NCBI GenBank assembly: GCA_051252375.1
Contig: JBPOFY010000001.1
Location: forward strand, 695,827 to 759,826
DNA from: Opitutaceae bacterium
Lineage (GTDB): Bacteria; Verrucomicrobiota; Verrucomicrobiia; Opitutales; Coraliomargaritaceae
DNA: 64,000 bases
Direction: 5' to 3'
Shown here: positions 23,501 to 34,774 of the stretch, piece after piece
Layout of the letters: each line of letters opens with the position of its first letter
How positions within the stretch are numbered: position 1 is the stretch's first letter
Program-made: the position numbers and the translations under genes
The notes under the pieces: model-generated
What the model was told of the DNA's origin: nothing
The model's input: only the letters and a program-made list of their open reading frames with translations
Databases searched by the model: none

Positions 23501-24835
23501 GTGTTAGATGAACCTCTCTTCCCCATTAGCGTTTTAGCAGTTTTACTACTGATCGCAGTTTGTTGTATTGTTTTACTTTGGTTGCGGATGCGTAACCTTA
23601 AAGCTTCCGGCGAGGAGGAACAGGGGCACATTATGGCGACGAGCGCGCGCCTCGATCCTGCGTCGAATGCTTTATTTTCGACCTTATCGCATGAGCTACG
23701 CACGCCGTTGAATGGCTTGTTGGGGATTGTGCAAATGCTCAATGAGGAGCGTGAAGATGAAGACCTGCAAGCCATTGAGGGCTGTGCCCGTCACATGCTC
23801 GCGGTGGTATCGACTCTAGTGAATCATGCTAAGATCCAAGAAGAGTGGGACGATTTACCTGAGTACCGCGAGTGGATGAGCCTTTATGAAATATTGGAGC
23901 AGATAAAACGGAACATGGCTTTTCGTGCCACTCTACGTGGGCTCGAACTAGATGTTATCCATGAAGATCGCTCCCTTCGATTGCGTGGTGATAGTGACCA
24001 CTTGCGGACGATTATTGAGAATGCTTTACTGGGTTCTCTAGAGGCGGTGTCTTTGGTCGAGATACCAAAGCAACGGAAGAAATTGACTGTTTCATGGACG
24101 GCGGATGAGCACGGTATTAACGTAACGATATCAAATCCGTTAGAAGTTTTTGAGGCAGACCGACGCCAGAAGATACGCGACGTCTTTCGTCTGACCACTG
24201 GCGAGAATCATCGCCGTATTAAAATGGAATATCTTTATTGGGCGGTTTCATCGGCTTTGTTGGAAAAGTATGAAGGCGCGCTCTACTCGAAAGTGGATGA
24301 TTTCGGTTCAGTGCAAACGTTGCTGACTTTTGAGATGGAGCAAATGCAGGCATCTGCCAGCGATCGCAGGCCGGTGGGAGGCATCAGCTTGGAAAGTGGC
24401 AACCTAGTGTCGAAAGCGGTGTCGAGCTTACCTCGGAAGTTGAATATACTTGTTGCAGAAGATGACCCGATTGCTCGTAGCCTGATGGGGATGGTCTTTA
24501 AGCATATGGATCAGGAGGTCGATTTTGCGACTAATGGGCGCGAGGTTCTCGATCGAGTCAGCCAGAATGCGCATTACGATGTCATCTTGATGGATATTGA
24601 TATGCCGATTATGGATGGTGTGAGTGCTACAATTGCGCTTCGCAATGGTGAGTCAGGGGAGCATGGCACACGTGTCCCGATTGTCGCGGTGACTGCATTC
24701 AATACACTTTCGGATGAAAGTAAGTTTAAGCGCGCGGGAATGGAATACTACCTACCCAAGCCGGTTCGCTTGAAAGATTTACGTGCGGTCTTAATTGAAG
24801 TGATTCGCAAAAAGACTCGGGCTGAGAAAGCTTAA
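23501..24835 (+). CDS. Membrane-anchored hybrid HisKA-receiver protein with a degenerate ATPase domain
   Basis: N-terminal TM; H-box LSHELRTPLNG; receiver domain VAEDD...LMDIDMP.MDG...PKP. Confidence 0.82.
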   Translation: MLDEPLFPISVLAVLLLIAVCCIVLLWLRMRNLKASGEEEQGHIMATSARLDPASNALFSTLSHELRTPLNGLLGIVQMLNEEREDEDLQAIEGCARHMLAVVSTLVNHAKIQEEWDDLPEYREWMSLYEILEQIKRNMAFRATLRGLELDVIHEDRSLRLRGDSDHLRTIIENALLGSLEAVSLVEIPKQRKKLTVSWTADEHGINVTISNPLEVFEADRRQKIRDVFRLTTGENHRRIKMEYLYWAVSSALLEKYEGALYSKVDDFGSVQTLLTFEMEQMQASASDRRPVGGISLESGNLVSKAVSSLPRKLNILVAEDDPIARSLMGMVFKHMDQEVDFATNGREVLDRVSQNAHYDVILMDIDMPIMDGVSATIALRNGESGEHGTRVPIVAVTAFNTLSDESKFKRAGMEYYLPKPVRLKDLRAVLIEVIRKKTRAEKA

Positions 24836-24837
24836 GC

Positions 24838-25644
24838 TTATACAGATCTTTGCCGTGCTGCCTCGTAAAGGCAGACTGCAGCAGCAGCCGCAACGTTAAG
24901 TGAGTCTGCGCGACCTGCCATTGGAATGCGAATGCGTTGGTCGACTTGTTCGAGCCAGTAGTTGGAGAGCCCATCGCTTTCGCTGCCAAAGAAGAGGGCA
25001 GTGGCCTTCGTGTAGTCCACGTCCCAATGCATGCTTTCGGTGTCAGGCGTGGTGGCAACGCGTTGTATGGCATTTGCTTGGAGCCATTCTTGTAGTCCCT
25101 CAGGTGTGGTGGCCGCAATCGGGAGAGCAAAAATCAGCCCTTGAGAAGAGCGGATTGCGTTGGGGTTGTAGAGGTCGAGCACGCAGTCCACTAGTATGAC
25201 CGCTTCTGCGCCTGCACCATCCGCACTGCGTAAAATTGCGCCGAGGTTTCCGGGTTTTTCGATGCCTTCGAGCACGAGTAGGAGTGGGGCGTTGGTCAGC
25301 TCTAAATCATTTAGGCTGCTGCCTTGCTGTAGCCCCACGCCGATGAGACCGTCCGGACCTTCGCGATAAGCTGCTTTGCTAAAAGCATCTTCGCTCATCC
25401 GGACAAGTTGCCGTTCGCCTTCGCGACGCTGTGTATCGATGAAATCGCTGTGGCCTTCGGATGGGAAATATTCGGGACAATAAAAAATGGTTTCGACGTC
25501 AAACCCGGCGCCGATGGCGTGCCCCAGCTCGCGGAGACCTTCGACTAGAAAGCGTTCTTGGCGATCGCGATGTTTGCGCTCACGTAGTTTGACCAGGTTT
25601 TTCACTTGGTCGTTATTTCGGCTTTGTATGTAGGTTTCTTCCAT
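24838..25644 (-). CDS. TrmH/SpoU family RNA methyltransferase
   Basis: EKPGNLGAILRSA, GSESDGL and IPM...DSLNVA motifs. Confidence 0.92.
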   Translation of the reverse strand: MEETYIQSRNNDQVKNLVKLRERKHRDRQERFLVEGLRELGHAIGAGFDVETIFYCPEYFPSEGHSDFIDTQRREGERQLVRMSEDAFSKAAYREGPDGLIGVGLQQGSSLNDLELTNAPLLLVLEGIEKPGNLGAILRSADGAGAEAVILVDCVLDLYNPNAIRSSQGLIFALPIAATTPEGLQEWLQANAIQRVATTPDTESMHWDVDYTKATALFFGSESDGLSNYWLEQVDQRIRIPMAGRADSLNVAAAAAVCLYEAARQRSV

Positions 25645-25747
25645 TGAATGTATGCTGTCGTTCTAGATGTCTGTGCCAGTCTATCAATCGTAGATTCGAC
25701 AGAATTTCCATTTTAGGGTTGCACGAATCCTCTGCTTTGGGGAGGGC

Positions 25748-26974
25748 ATGGGGATGCAAGTGCCAAAAAATTTCGTCGCTGAGCCATTTGAATATCATCA
25801 AGAGGTCGAATTGACTATTGAAAGCTTAACCAACCTCGGACTAGGGGTGGGGCGCATTGACGGCTGGGTCGTTATGGTGCCATTCGTCATTCCCGGTGAG
25901 AAGGTGCGGGCGAAAGTTTATCGCAATTACCAAAATTATTCTGATGCAGATTTAGTCGAAGTGCTTGAAGCCTCGCCAGATCGCATCGCGCCGAATTGCC
26001 CGCTCTACACCACCTGTGGCGGTTGCCAGTATCAGCACATTGAATACAAGCGACAGCTGGAGGAGAAGACGCAGCATGTGAGAGAGCTTATGGTGAAACT
26101 CGGCGAGATCGACCATCCGGTTGAGTTGGCGCATGGTTCGCCGAAGGTCTATAACTATCGTTCAAAGATCACCCCGCATTATAATCGCCCTGAGAAGGAT
26201 GGTTCACAGCCGATCGGGTTCCTTCAGTATGGCCGTCGCAATCAGATCGTAGATGTGGAGCAATGTCCCATCGCGATGGATGCGATTAACGCGGCGCTGC
26301 CTGATGCTCGCGACAGCGCGCGCCGCGATGGCGGGAAGAAGCGCCGTCAACGCGGGGGCACTCTGCTCATGCGAAATGTGCTCGAAGGTGTTGTGACCGA
26401 CCCTCAGGAGATCGTCTCCGAGCGTGTCGGCGATCTCACTTTTCAGTTCAAGGCGGGTGAGTTCTTTCAGAACAATCCGTATGTCTTGCCAGAGCTCGTG
26501 GACTATGTGGCTACGGAAGCCTCCGCGCTCGGTGCGCGCTATCTAGTCGATGCGTATTGTGGCGTCGGTTTATTTGCGCTTTCGACTGCGAAGTCTTTCG
26601 AACAAGTCGCCGGAGTGGAGATTAGTGAGCCCGCAGTGCGATGGGCGCAGGCGAATGCCACGATCAGCGGTGTGAAGAACGCGCGTTTTGTGATCGGTAA
26701 AGCCGAAGCGATTTTCAATGGTTTGAAGTTTCCCGCCGAGGAGACCGCGGTCGTCATCGATCCACCACGTAAGGGTTGCGATGCAAGCTTCCGTGAGCAG
26801 TTAATGCAGTTTCGCCCTCCGCGTATTGTCTATGTTTCATGCGACCCAGCTACGCAGGCGCGGGATTTGAAGGAGTTTATCGAAGCTGGCTATGTGATTA
26901 CACGCATTCAACCATTCGACTTGTTCCCGCACACGCGGCACATTGAGAATGTGGTGTCGCTGAGCCTGCCTTAG
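25748..26974 (+). CDS. RlmD/TrmA family RNA (uracil-5)-methyltransferase with TRAM domain
   Basis: CPLYTTCGGCQYQH, FFQNN, DAYCGVG, DPPRKG, YVSCDPAT and FPHTRHIE motifs. Confidence 0.92.
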   Translation: MGMQVPKNFVAEPFEYHQEVELTIESLTNLGLGVGRIDGWVVMVPFVIPGEKVRAKVYRNYQNYSDADLVEVLEASPDRIAPNCPLYTTCGGCQYQHIEYKRQLEEKTQHVRELMVKLGEIDHPVELAHGSPKVYNYRSKITPHYNRPEKDGSQPIGFLQYGRRNQIVDVEQCPIAMDAINAALPDARDSARRDGGKKRRQRGGTLLMRNVLEGVVTDPQEIVSERVGDLTFQFKAGEFFQNNPYVLPELVDYVATEASALGARYLVDAYCGVGLFALSTAKSFEQVAGVEISEPAVRWAQANATISGVKNARFVIGKAEAIFNGLKFPAEETAVVIDPPRKGCDASFREQLMQFRPPRIVYVSCDPATQARDLKEFIEAGYVITRIQPFDLFPHTRHIENVVSLSLP

Positions 26975-27393
26975 CGCGAGCCCTTTAGCTCGATTCTTTG
27001 GAATTCAGCGAAACCAGACGATTTGCTATTGGTGAAACGGATGCCCGTCTTGCCATCAAGCTTCAGCTTGGAGCCTTCTAAAGTGGAGAGCAGTTGGTAT
27101 TCGAGGTTCATCAGCTGCTGTTGGCCCGCTTTGCGGGTGGCGATGAGGCCGCTTACTTTTCCATCAGCTATTTGACCAAACCATTGATTCACGGGACCTT
27201 GCCCAGAGATAGTATCTCCTGAGATCCGCAGCATGACGTTCACTTGTGCGGGAATGCTGGTTTCATTGAACTGCACCAAGCGATAAGTGCCTTCGAGTGG
27301 ATTATTCTTCGCCTTCGAGCTGTTTGTGCTGCTGGCGCAGCTGCTAAAGATCAGGATGGATGCGAGTGCAAAGAGGGTGCGGAAAGTAGACAT
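26971..27393 (-). CDS. META/HslJ-like lipoprotein
   Basis: Lipobox FSSC; ISGQGPVNQWFG and ATRKAG...LE..LL..L pattern. Confidence 0.65.
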   Translation of the reverse strand: MSTFRTLFALASILIFSSCASSTNSSKAKNNPLEGTYRLVQFNETSIPAQVNVMLRISGDTISGQGPVNQWFGQIADGKVSGLIATRKAGQQQLMNLEYQLLSTLEGSKLKLDGKTGIRFTNSKSSGFAEFQRIELKGSR

Positions 27394-27543
27394 TCAGGCA
27401 TCATGCGAACCCCCTTTTGCATTTGCAACCTTGCTAAGTATAAACTGTGAAATAGACGCGATCAGGCGTAACCCTTTTATTTTAGCGGTTTGCGGGGGAA
27501 TTTGGGTCCGAAGAGGAGTATGGAAAAAAATCGAACAAAATCC

Positions 27544-27571
27544 TTGCACAGCAAACCCTAAGCGCTACTTT
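27544..27571 (+). promoter_or_regulatory. Putative sigma70 promoter of the str operon
   Basis: TTGCAC-N16-TACTTT upstream of rpsL. Confidence 0.5.
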
Positions 27572-27606
27572 CGCCGTCTTTCTCTAATTTCAGCGATCAA
27601 TATTTC

Positions 27607-27987
27607 ATGCCAACAATTAATCAACTAGTCCGCAGCCCACGCGTTGTGCAAAAGGTAAAATCCAAGTCACGCCATTTGGACAAGAACCCGTTCCGTCGTG
27701 GTGTCTGTGTCCAAGTGATGACCCGCACGCCTAAAAAGCCTAACTCTGCTATCCGTAAGGTGGCAAAGGTGCGTCTCACTAATGGTCACGAAGTAATCGC
27801 TTACATCCCTGACGAAGGCCACAACTTGCAAGAGCACAGTATCGTGCTTGTGCGTGGTGGTCGTGTTAAGGACCTTCCAGGTGTTCGTTACCACATCGTT
27901 CGTGGCACACTTGACTGCGTAGGTGTTGAAAAACGTCGCCGCAGCCGTTCCAAATATGGTGTTAAGCGTCCTAAGGAAGCTTCCTGA
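27607..27987 (+). CDS. rpsL: 30S ribosomal protein S12
   Basis: [28 protein letters not shown]. Confidence 0.99.
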   Translation: MPTINQLVRSPRVVQKVKSKSRHLDKNPFRRGVCVQVMTRTPKKPNSAIRKVAKVRLTNGHEVIAYIPDEGHNLQEHSIVLVRGGRVKDLPGVRYHIVRGTLDCVGVEKRRRSRSKYGVKRPKEAS

Positions 27988-28026
27988 TCCACTTAGCCTT
28001 TAGTCATTTTTAAAAAGTAATTTATT

Positions 28027-28500
28027 ATGTCACGTCGTAGACAAGCAGTTAAACGTCCACTTATCCCGGACCCACGCTATAATAGCACTCTCGTAGCCAA
28101 CTTGGTGAACATGATCATGGAGCGCGGTAAGCGCACTGTGGCTCAGCGCATCGTTTACACAGCGTTCACACGCATGAGCGAGAAGGTCGGTAAGGGCGAT
28201 CCAGTAGACTTGGTCATGGGTGCACTTGAAAACGCACGCCCAAAACTTGAAGTGAAGAGCCGCCGTGTCGGTGGTGCCACATATCAAGTGCCAGTTGAAA
28301 TCTCTTTTGAGCGCCAGCAAGCACTCGCCTTCCGTTGGATGGTGACGACTGCACGCAAGCGCAAAGGTGTCCCTATGGACGAAGCACTCGCCGATGAGCT
28401 TGTTGATGCATACAACAACACCGGTGCAGTTGTTAAGAAGAAGGAAGAAGTCCACCGCATGGCTCAGGCCAACCGCGCATTTGCGCACTTGCGCTGGTAG
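28027..28500 (+). CDS. rpsG: 30S ribosomal protein S7
   Basis: SRRVGGATYQVP, HRMAQANRAFAH. Confidence 0.99.
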   Translation: MSRRRQAVKRPLIPDPRYNSTLVANLVNMIMERGKRTVAQRIVYTAFTRMSEKVGKGDPVDLVMGALENARPKLEVKSRRVGGATYQVPVEISFERQQALAFRWMVTTARKRKGVPMDEALADELVDAYNNTGAVVKKKEEVHRMAQANRAFAHLRW

Positions 28501-28542
28501 TTTCGACTACTTCCCAAAACCTGTTCTTTTCCAGTCTATCTA

Positions 28543-30696
28543 ATGTCCGCTACTATGTCAGCCAGTGCTAACTCGTCGAAACGTAAGTTCCCTTTGGAGC
28601 ATACGCGTAACATCGGCATCGTTGCACATATCGACGCGGGCAAAACGACAACGACTGAGCGCATACTTTTCTACGCAGGTGTCGTCCACAAAATGGGCGA
28701 AGTGCATGAAGGCAGCGCAGTCACAGACTGGATGGATCAAGAACGCGAGCGTGGTATCACGATTACCTCTGCCGCAATCTCTTGTAATTGGACAAATCAG
28801 CACGGCCCTTACGCCGGCGTTTGTAGCCAAATCAATTTAATCGACACCCCCGGGCACGTCGATTTCACCGCCGAAGTGGAGCGTTCGCTCCGAGTCCTTG
28901 ATGGAGCTGTCGGCGTTTTTTGTGCCGTCGCGGGCGTGCAGCCCCAGTCCGAAACGGTCTGGCGGCAAATGACGAAATACGATGTGCCTCGTATCGCTTT
29001 CGTTAATAAGATGGACCGTGTCGGTGCGGATTATTTCGCTGCGATCGAAAGTATGCGCGACCGCCTCAAGGCAAACGCGCATCCGATCTTTATTCCGATC
29101 GGTGCGGAGGAAAATTTCACAGGCATGATCGACCTCGCCTCGATGCAGGCGCTGGTGTATGATCCCAAGGATGAGTCTGGTATGACTTTTGATCTCACTG
29201 AGATCCCTGCTGACTACGTGGATCAAGCTAATGAGTATCGCGAAAAGTTGATTGATGCCTTGGCTGATTTCGACGATGACCTCGCCGATAAGTATCTCGA
29301 AGGCGAAGAACTTTCAGCGAACGACGTCCGCCAAGCTATTCGTAAGGCAACGATCTTACTCAATTTCTGTGGAGTCATCCCAGGCAGTGCTTTTAAGAAC
29401 AAGGGTGTGCAGTCCGTTCTTGAGTCGGTGGTCAACTTCCTGCCATGTCCACTCGATTTGCCGCCAATGAAGGGCGAGAACGAGAAGGGCGCCGAAGTGC
29501 TCGTCGAGCCGGATGATAACGCCAATTTTGCTGGTCTCGCGTTCAAACTCATGAATGACGGTTACGTCGGGAAGCTCGTTTTCATGCGCGTTTACTCAGG
29601 CACACTTACCAAGGGCACCGCACTTTACAACCCGCGCACTGGTAAAACAGAACGTATTTCCCGCCTTCTTGTGATGAAGGCGAATTCCCGCGAAGACATC
29701 GACACCGCTTACTCTGGCGACATCTGTGCGATTGTTGGCGGTCGTGATATCGTCACTGGTGACACGCTGTGCACTAAGGGCTTCGATGTGCGCCTTGAGC
29801 CACCGACATTCCCGGAGCCTGTCATCTCCATGTCGATCGAGCCGAAAACCACGGCCGACCAGGAAAAGATGGCCCTTGGTCTGCAACGCCTCTCTGAGGA
29901 AGATCCGACATTCGTCGTGAGCGCCGATGAGGAAACTGGTCAGACGCTGATCGCTGGGATGGGCGAGCTGCACCTCGAAATCATTAAGGACCGCCTTTTC
30001 CGCGAATTTAAAGTTGGCGCCGAAGCCGGTCGCCCACAAATCGCCTACCGCGAAACCATTTCGATCAAAGCAGAAGGGGAGGGCAAATTCGTTCGCCAAA
30101 CCGGAGGCACCGGCCAATACGGCCACGCGCGCATCAAGATCGAACCGCTCGAACGCGGTACAGGCATCGAAATCGTCGACAAAACAGTTGGCGGTGTGAT
30201 TCCAAAAGAATTTATCAAGCCCACACTCGAAGGTATCCGCGAAGCTGCCAATAATGGCACTGTCGCTGGTTACCCTGTGGTTGATTTTAAGGTCACATTG
30301 TTCGATGGCTCTTTCCACGAAGTGGATTCCAACGAAACCTCTTTCAAAATGGCTGGTATTTTCGCCTTCCGTGACGCCATGATGAACGCTGGAGCTTTGT
30401 TGCTCGAGCCCGTCATGAATGTCGAAGTGGAAACACCAGAAGACTATCAAGGCGACATTATGGGCGATTTGAACCGTCGTCGTGGACAGATTCAGAATGT
30501 CAGTGCGAAAACCGCATTCGTTTCCATTTGCGCCGCTGTGCCGCTCGTTGAAATGTTCGGCTATTCCACCATCGTTCGTTCGCTCAGTAAGGGTCGCGCA
30601 TCTTTCAGCATGGAGCCTGCAAGCTTTGAGCCCGTGCCGTCGAATATTCTCAATACAATTCTCGAAACATCAGGCCGTGCACCCGCGCGGAACTAA
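28543..30696 (+). CDS. fusA: Elongation factor G, str-operon copy
   Basis: [31 protein letters not shown]; follows rpsG. The start could alternatively be 28555. Confidence 0.96.
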   Translation: MSATMSASANSSKRKFPLEHTRNIGIVAHIDAGKTTTTERILFYAGVVHKMGEVHEGSAVTDWMDQERERGITITSAAISCNWTNQHGPYAGVCSQINLIDTPGHVDFTAEVERSLRVLDGAVGVFCAVAGVQPQSETVWRQMTKYDVPRIAFVNKMDRVGADYFAAIESMRDRLKANAHPIFIPIGAEENFTGMIDLASMQALVYDPKDESGMTFDLTEIPADYVDQANEYREKLIDALADFDDDLADKYLEGEELSANDVRQAIRKATILLNFCGVIPGSAFKNKGVQSVLESVVNFLPCPLDLPPMKGENEKGAEVLVEPDDNANFAGLAFKLMNDGYVGKLVFMRVYSGTLTKGTALYNPRTGKTERISRLLVMKANSREDIDTAYSGDICAIVGGRDIVTGDTLCTKGFDVRLEPPTFPEPVISMSIEPKTTADQEKMALGLQRLSEEDPTFVVSADEETGQTLIAGMGELHLEIIKDRLFREFKVGAEAGRPQIAYRETISIKAEGEGKFVRQTGGTGQYGHARIKIEPLERGTGIEIVDKTVGGVIPKEFIKPTLEGIREAANNGTVAGYPVVDFKVTLFDGSFHEVDSNETSFKMAGIFAFRDAMMNAGALLLEPVMNVEVETPEDYQGDIMGDLNRRRGQIQNVSAKTAFVSICAAVPLVEMFGYSTIVRSLSKGRASFSMEPASFEPVPSNILNTILETSGRAPARN

Positions 30697-30740
30697 TTTC
30701 ATCCTCTCAAACTACAATCTCACACAAAACAAAAAATATT

Positions 30741-31049
30741 ATGAGTGCACCACGTATCCGTATCCGCCTAAAAGGCTTTGATTATCGCGTTATCGACCAG
30801 TCTGCTGCAGACATCGTCGAAACAGCTAAGCGCTCCGGCGCCCGTGTTTCCGGCCCTGTGCCGCTTCCAACGAAGATTGAGAAGCTTACAGTGAATCGCT
30901 CGGTCCACGTTAACAAGAAGTCCATGGACCAATTCGAAGTCCGCACACATAAGCGCCTGATCGACATCGTCGAGCCAACTGCAGCCACAGTGGACGAGCT
31001 CAAGAAGCTCAATCTACCTGCAGGTGTCGATATTTCGATCAACGTGTAG
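30741..31049 (+). CDS. rpsJ: 30S ribosomal protein S10
   Basis: [21 protein letters not shown]. Confidence 0.99.
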   Translation: MSAPRIRIRLKGFDYRVIDQSAADIVETAKRSGARVSGPVPLPTKIEKLTVNRSVHVNKKSMDQFEVRTHKRLIDIVEPTAATVDELKKLNLPAGVDISINV

Positions 31050-31058
31050 TGATTTTTC

Positions 31059-31098
31059 ATAAAAGGTGCCGCTAGAAACCGCTAACGGCGCCTTTTAT
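31059..31098 (+). terminator. Intrinsic terminator after rpsJ
   Basis: ataaaaggtgccg...cggcgccttttat hairpin. Confidence 0.7.
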
Positions 31099-31258
31099 TG
31101 ATTATTTTGATATTTCTTGAAAACAACTATTGACGAGTGGGTCACTTCCCTCTTTTTTCCGTCGCTCGCTTCCCACTGAGGCGATAAATCACATTTTTTT
31201 AAACCGCTAACGCAGGTCTAACAAACGGAACCTCCAGTTCCACCTGCCTATTAGTATT

Positions 31259-31903
<645 letters not shown>

Positions 31904-31930
31904 CCTCTGAGGACGAAAGGACACACTACA

Positions 31931-32569
31931 ATGAAACTTAAAGTTTATTCAACTGACGGAACATCCAGCGAAGAGAAAGAATTCGCGCAGTTCCCAACAC
32001 TCGAAGGTGACAAGGGCGTAGCCGCTCTTCGCCAAGTCGTGATCGCACACCAGGCCAACTTGCGCCAAGGAACTGCTTCCACTAAGACTCGTGCTGAAGT
32101 GCGCGGTTCTGGTAAAAAGCTTTTCCGCCAAAAAGGTAGCGGCACAGCTCGTCAAGGTTCACGCCGCGTGCCACACCAACGTCATGGTGGTATCGCTCAC
32201 GGTCCTAAGCCACGCGACTTCTCTCAGAAGATCAATCGCAAGATGAAGGCTCTCGCTTTCCAACGTGCACTTTTTGAGCGCGCTGCTGGAGGAGGTCTCT
32301 CTGTGATCGAAGCTTTTGAAGTTAAAGAGCCTAAGACAAAACTCTTCAACAAGGTATTGACTGCAGTCCTCCCGACACGCGGCAAGGTCTTGATTGTTGA
32401 TGATGCATTTGAAAACAACGCTGCTTTGGCTGCTCGCAATGTAGAGGGTGTTTCCCTCACCGCTGCTGGCGACCTCAGTGCTCTCGATGTTGTGCGCTAC
32501 CGCCACATCCTCGTCAGTGCCAAGGGCATCGAAACTATTATCGCCCGCGCAAATGGAGGTGAGTCATGA
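31931..32569 (+). CDS. rplD: 50S ribosomal protein L4
   Basis: RQGTASTKTRAEV, RQKGSGTARQG, HGPKPR. Confidence 0.98.
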   Translation: MKLKVYSTDGTSSEEKEFAQFPTLEGDKGVAALRQVVIAHQANLRQGTASTKTRAEVRGSGKKLFRQKGSGTARQGSRRVPHQRHGGIAHGPKPRDFSQKINRKMKALAFQRALFERAAGGGLSVIEAFEVKEPKTKLFNKVLTAVLPTRGKVLIVDDAFENNAALAARNVEGVSLTAAGDLSALDVVRYRHILVSAKGIETIIARANGGES

Positions 32570-32856
32570 TTTTAGCTGATACAATTCTTAAAGAATACCG
32601 CGTTACAGAAAAAGCTGCCATATTGTCAGCCAATCTGAACCAATACACCTTCGAAGTTGCACCTAGTGCCAATCGCATTGAAGTCGCTCGCGCTGTCGCG
32701 AAAGTCTTCAACGTCGAGGTCACTAAAGTGAACATCCTTAACAAAAAGCCTAAAGTGAAGACCGACCGCTCACGTCGCGGACGTCCCGGCACTAAGGGCG
32801 GCCACAAAAAGGCCATCGTCACTCTGAAAGAGGGCGATAAGATCGAACTCGTCTAA
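32566..32856 (+). CDS. rplW: 50S ribosomal protein L23
   Basis: VTEKA, YTFEV, KKAIVTL; synteny. Confidence 0.97.
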   Translation: MILADTILKEYRVTEKAAILSANLNQYTFEVAPSANRIEVARAVAKVFNVEVTKVNILNKKPKVKTDRSRRGRPGTKGGHKKAIVTLKEGDKIELV

Positions 32857-32876
32857 GAGACAGGAGAAATAACATC

Positions 32877-33722
32877 ATGCCACTCGTAGATTCCAGACCT
32901 TTGACTCCCGGCCAACGTTTCCTCGTAAGAAACAAGCAGGACGTCTCCAAGAAAAAGCCTGAGCGCCAACTCACGACTTACAAGCACCACAAGAAGGGCC
33001 GTAATTGCTACGGTCGTATCACTTCTCGTCGTCGTGGTGGTGGTCACAAGCGCGCTTATCGTATTATCGACTTCCGTCGTGACAAGATCGACATCCCTGC
33101 AAAGGTGCAAGCGATCGAGTATGATCCGAATCGCTCTGCAAACCTTGCATTGCTCGCATATGCTGACGGTGAAAAACGCTACATCATTGCACCACGCGGT
33201 GTTAAAGAGGGTGATACGTTGATCAGCACAAACGAGCGCGTTGAGTTCTCCGCTGGTTATTGCATGCCTTTGGCAATCATTCCACCAGCCACTAAGATCC
33301 ATGCGATCGAGCTTCACCCAGGTCGCGGCGCGCAAATCGCTCGTTCTGCTGGTCAGTCCGCTCAGCTTGTTTCTGTTGATGGCGAACGTGCCACTGTGAA
33401 GATGCCTTCCGGTGAGATCCGTTTCCTTCACTCACGTTGCCGCGCAACGATCGGTGAAGTCGGCAATCACGACCACCACAATCAAGTTCTAGGTAAAGCC
33501 GGTCGTAACCGCTGGCTTGGTCGCCGCCCACGTGTTCGTGGTGTTGCGATGAATCCTGTCGATCACCCTATGGGTGGTGGTGAAGGCCGCACCTCTGGTG
33601 GTGGTCACCCACAATCTCCTTGGGGTCAACTCTCTAAGGGCTTCCCGACTCGTAAGAAGTCGAACCCAACTAATTCGCAAATCGTCGTTCGTCGTAACGG
33701 TCGTCAATTGAAGAAAAGATAA
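32877..33722 (+). CDS. rplB: 50S ribosomal protein L2
   Basis: GGGHKRAYRIIDF, EYDPNRSA, RGVAMNPVDHPMGGGEG. Confidence 0.99.
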   Translation: MPLVDSRPLTPGQRFLVRNKQDVSKKKPERQLTTYKHHKKGRNCYGRITSRRRGGGHKRAYRIIDFRRDKIDIPAKVQAIEYDPNRSANLALLAYADGEKRYIIAPRGVKEGDTLISTNERVEFSAGYCMPLAIIPPATKIHAIELHPGRGAQIARSAGQSAQLVSVDGERATVKMPSGEIRFLHSRCRATIGEVGNHDHHNQVLGKAGRNRWLGRRPRVRGVAMNPVDHPMGGGEGRTSGGGHPQSPWGQLSKGFPTRKKSNPTNSQIVVRRNGRQLKKR

Positions 33723-33733
33723 TTTTATAAGCC

Positions 33734-33997
33734 ATGTCACGTTCCGTAAAAAAAGGTTTCTTCGTCGATCCGCACCTATCTAAAAAGGTAGTGGTCGCCC
33801 AAGCAAACAACGACCGCAAGCCGATTCAAACTTGGTCGCGCCGTTCGACAATCACTCCCGACTTTGTCGGTCTCAACTTCAACGTCCACAACGGTCGCAG
33901 CTTTTTGCCCGTCTATGTGACTGAGAATATGGTTGGCCACAAGCTTGGTGAGTTTGCACCGACACGTACCTTCAAGGGTCACCCTACAGGTAAGTAA
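33734..33997 (+). CDS. rpsS: 30S ribosomal protein S19
   Basis: [21 protein letters not shown]. Confidence 0.99.
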   Translation: MSRSVKKGFFVDPHLSKKVVVAQANNDRKPIQTWSRRSTITPDFVGLNFNVHNGRSFLPVYVTENMVGHKLGEFAPTRTFKGHPTGK

Positions 33998-34034
33998 GGT
34001 TACATAAAGCCACCAACACTTAGCTATAAACGCC

Positions 34035-34409
34035 ATGCTCCTTTCGCCCATAACAACATTATCTAAGCTAGCCAGCTTGTTCCTTTTCGGAGCAATGGTT
34101 GCCGGTAGTGCTGTGCGTGCGGAAGTTCCCGCTTTCGTCAAAGAGTCTCTCTACAGTCCTTATGCGGCACCCGTCGCATCCGTGGTTCCTACACTCGCAG
34201 CCGACGTCGTTATTATCGACGGTGGTCTAGAGCAAGGGTTACGCCTCGGGATGGTTTGCTCCATCAGTCGTGGATTAAGCTCTATTGGCGAATTGATCAT
34301 CATCGAATCTCAAAGTGGCCGTTCCGCAGGACTTATCCTCGAATTGGTCGACGACTCCACCATTCAAGCGGGAGACATTGCCCGCGTTAAAACAATTCAA
34401 AACAGCTGA
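34035..34409 (+). CDS. Hypothetical exported protein embedded in the S10 operon
   Basis: 124-aa ORF filling the rpsS-rplV gap. Signal peptide ends AVRA; C-terminal beta-rich domain VIIDGG.EQGL..GM...IGELIII...IQAGD. Confidence 0.75.
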   Translation: MLLSPITTLSKLASLFLFGAMVAGSAVRAEVPAFVKESLYSPYAAPVASVVPTLAADVVIIDGGLEQGLRLGMVCSISRGLSSIGELIIIESQSGRSAGLILELVDDSTIQAGDIARVKTIQNS

Positions 34410-34414
34410 ATCTC

Positions 34415-34750
34415 ATGCAGGTCCAAGCCTATACTAAATACGCCCGTATGTCGCCCCGCAAGGTGCGTGATATCACCCGTGCCATCCAAGGTCAAAACGC
34501 CGCTGAGGCAGTCGAAATCTTGCGCTTTATTCCGCGCAAGTCGGCTCGTCTCGTCAGCAAGACCCTCCAGTCGGCAATCGCGAACGCGGAAAACAATAAC
34601 AACTTATCTTCGGATGCGCTCAAGATTGAGTCAGCAACTGTCGAGCAAGGTCCAGCGTTCAAGCGCTTCCGCCCAGCTGCTCGTGGTTCGGCACACCCTT
34701 ATAAGAAGCAGACCAGCCACATCCGTATCATCCTCACTGACGAGGCTTAA
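34415..34750 (+). CDS. rplV: 50S ribosomal protein L22
   Basis: RMSPRKVR, SAIANAENN, TSHI. Confidence 0.98.
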   Translation: MQVQAYTKYARMSPRKVRDITRAIQGQNAAEAVEILRFIPRKSARLVSKTLQSAIANAENNNNLSSDALKIESATVEQGPAFKRFRPAARGSAHPYKKQTSHIRIILTDEA

Positions 34751-34774
34751 GATTTAACCGACCACTCTTTTATT

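Noticed and set aside
27607..27987. Streptomycin-resistance allele of rpsL
   Set aside because: Both key lysines ([15 protein letters not shown]) are wild type.
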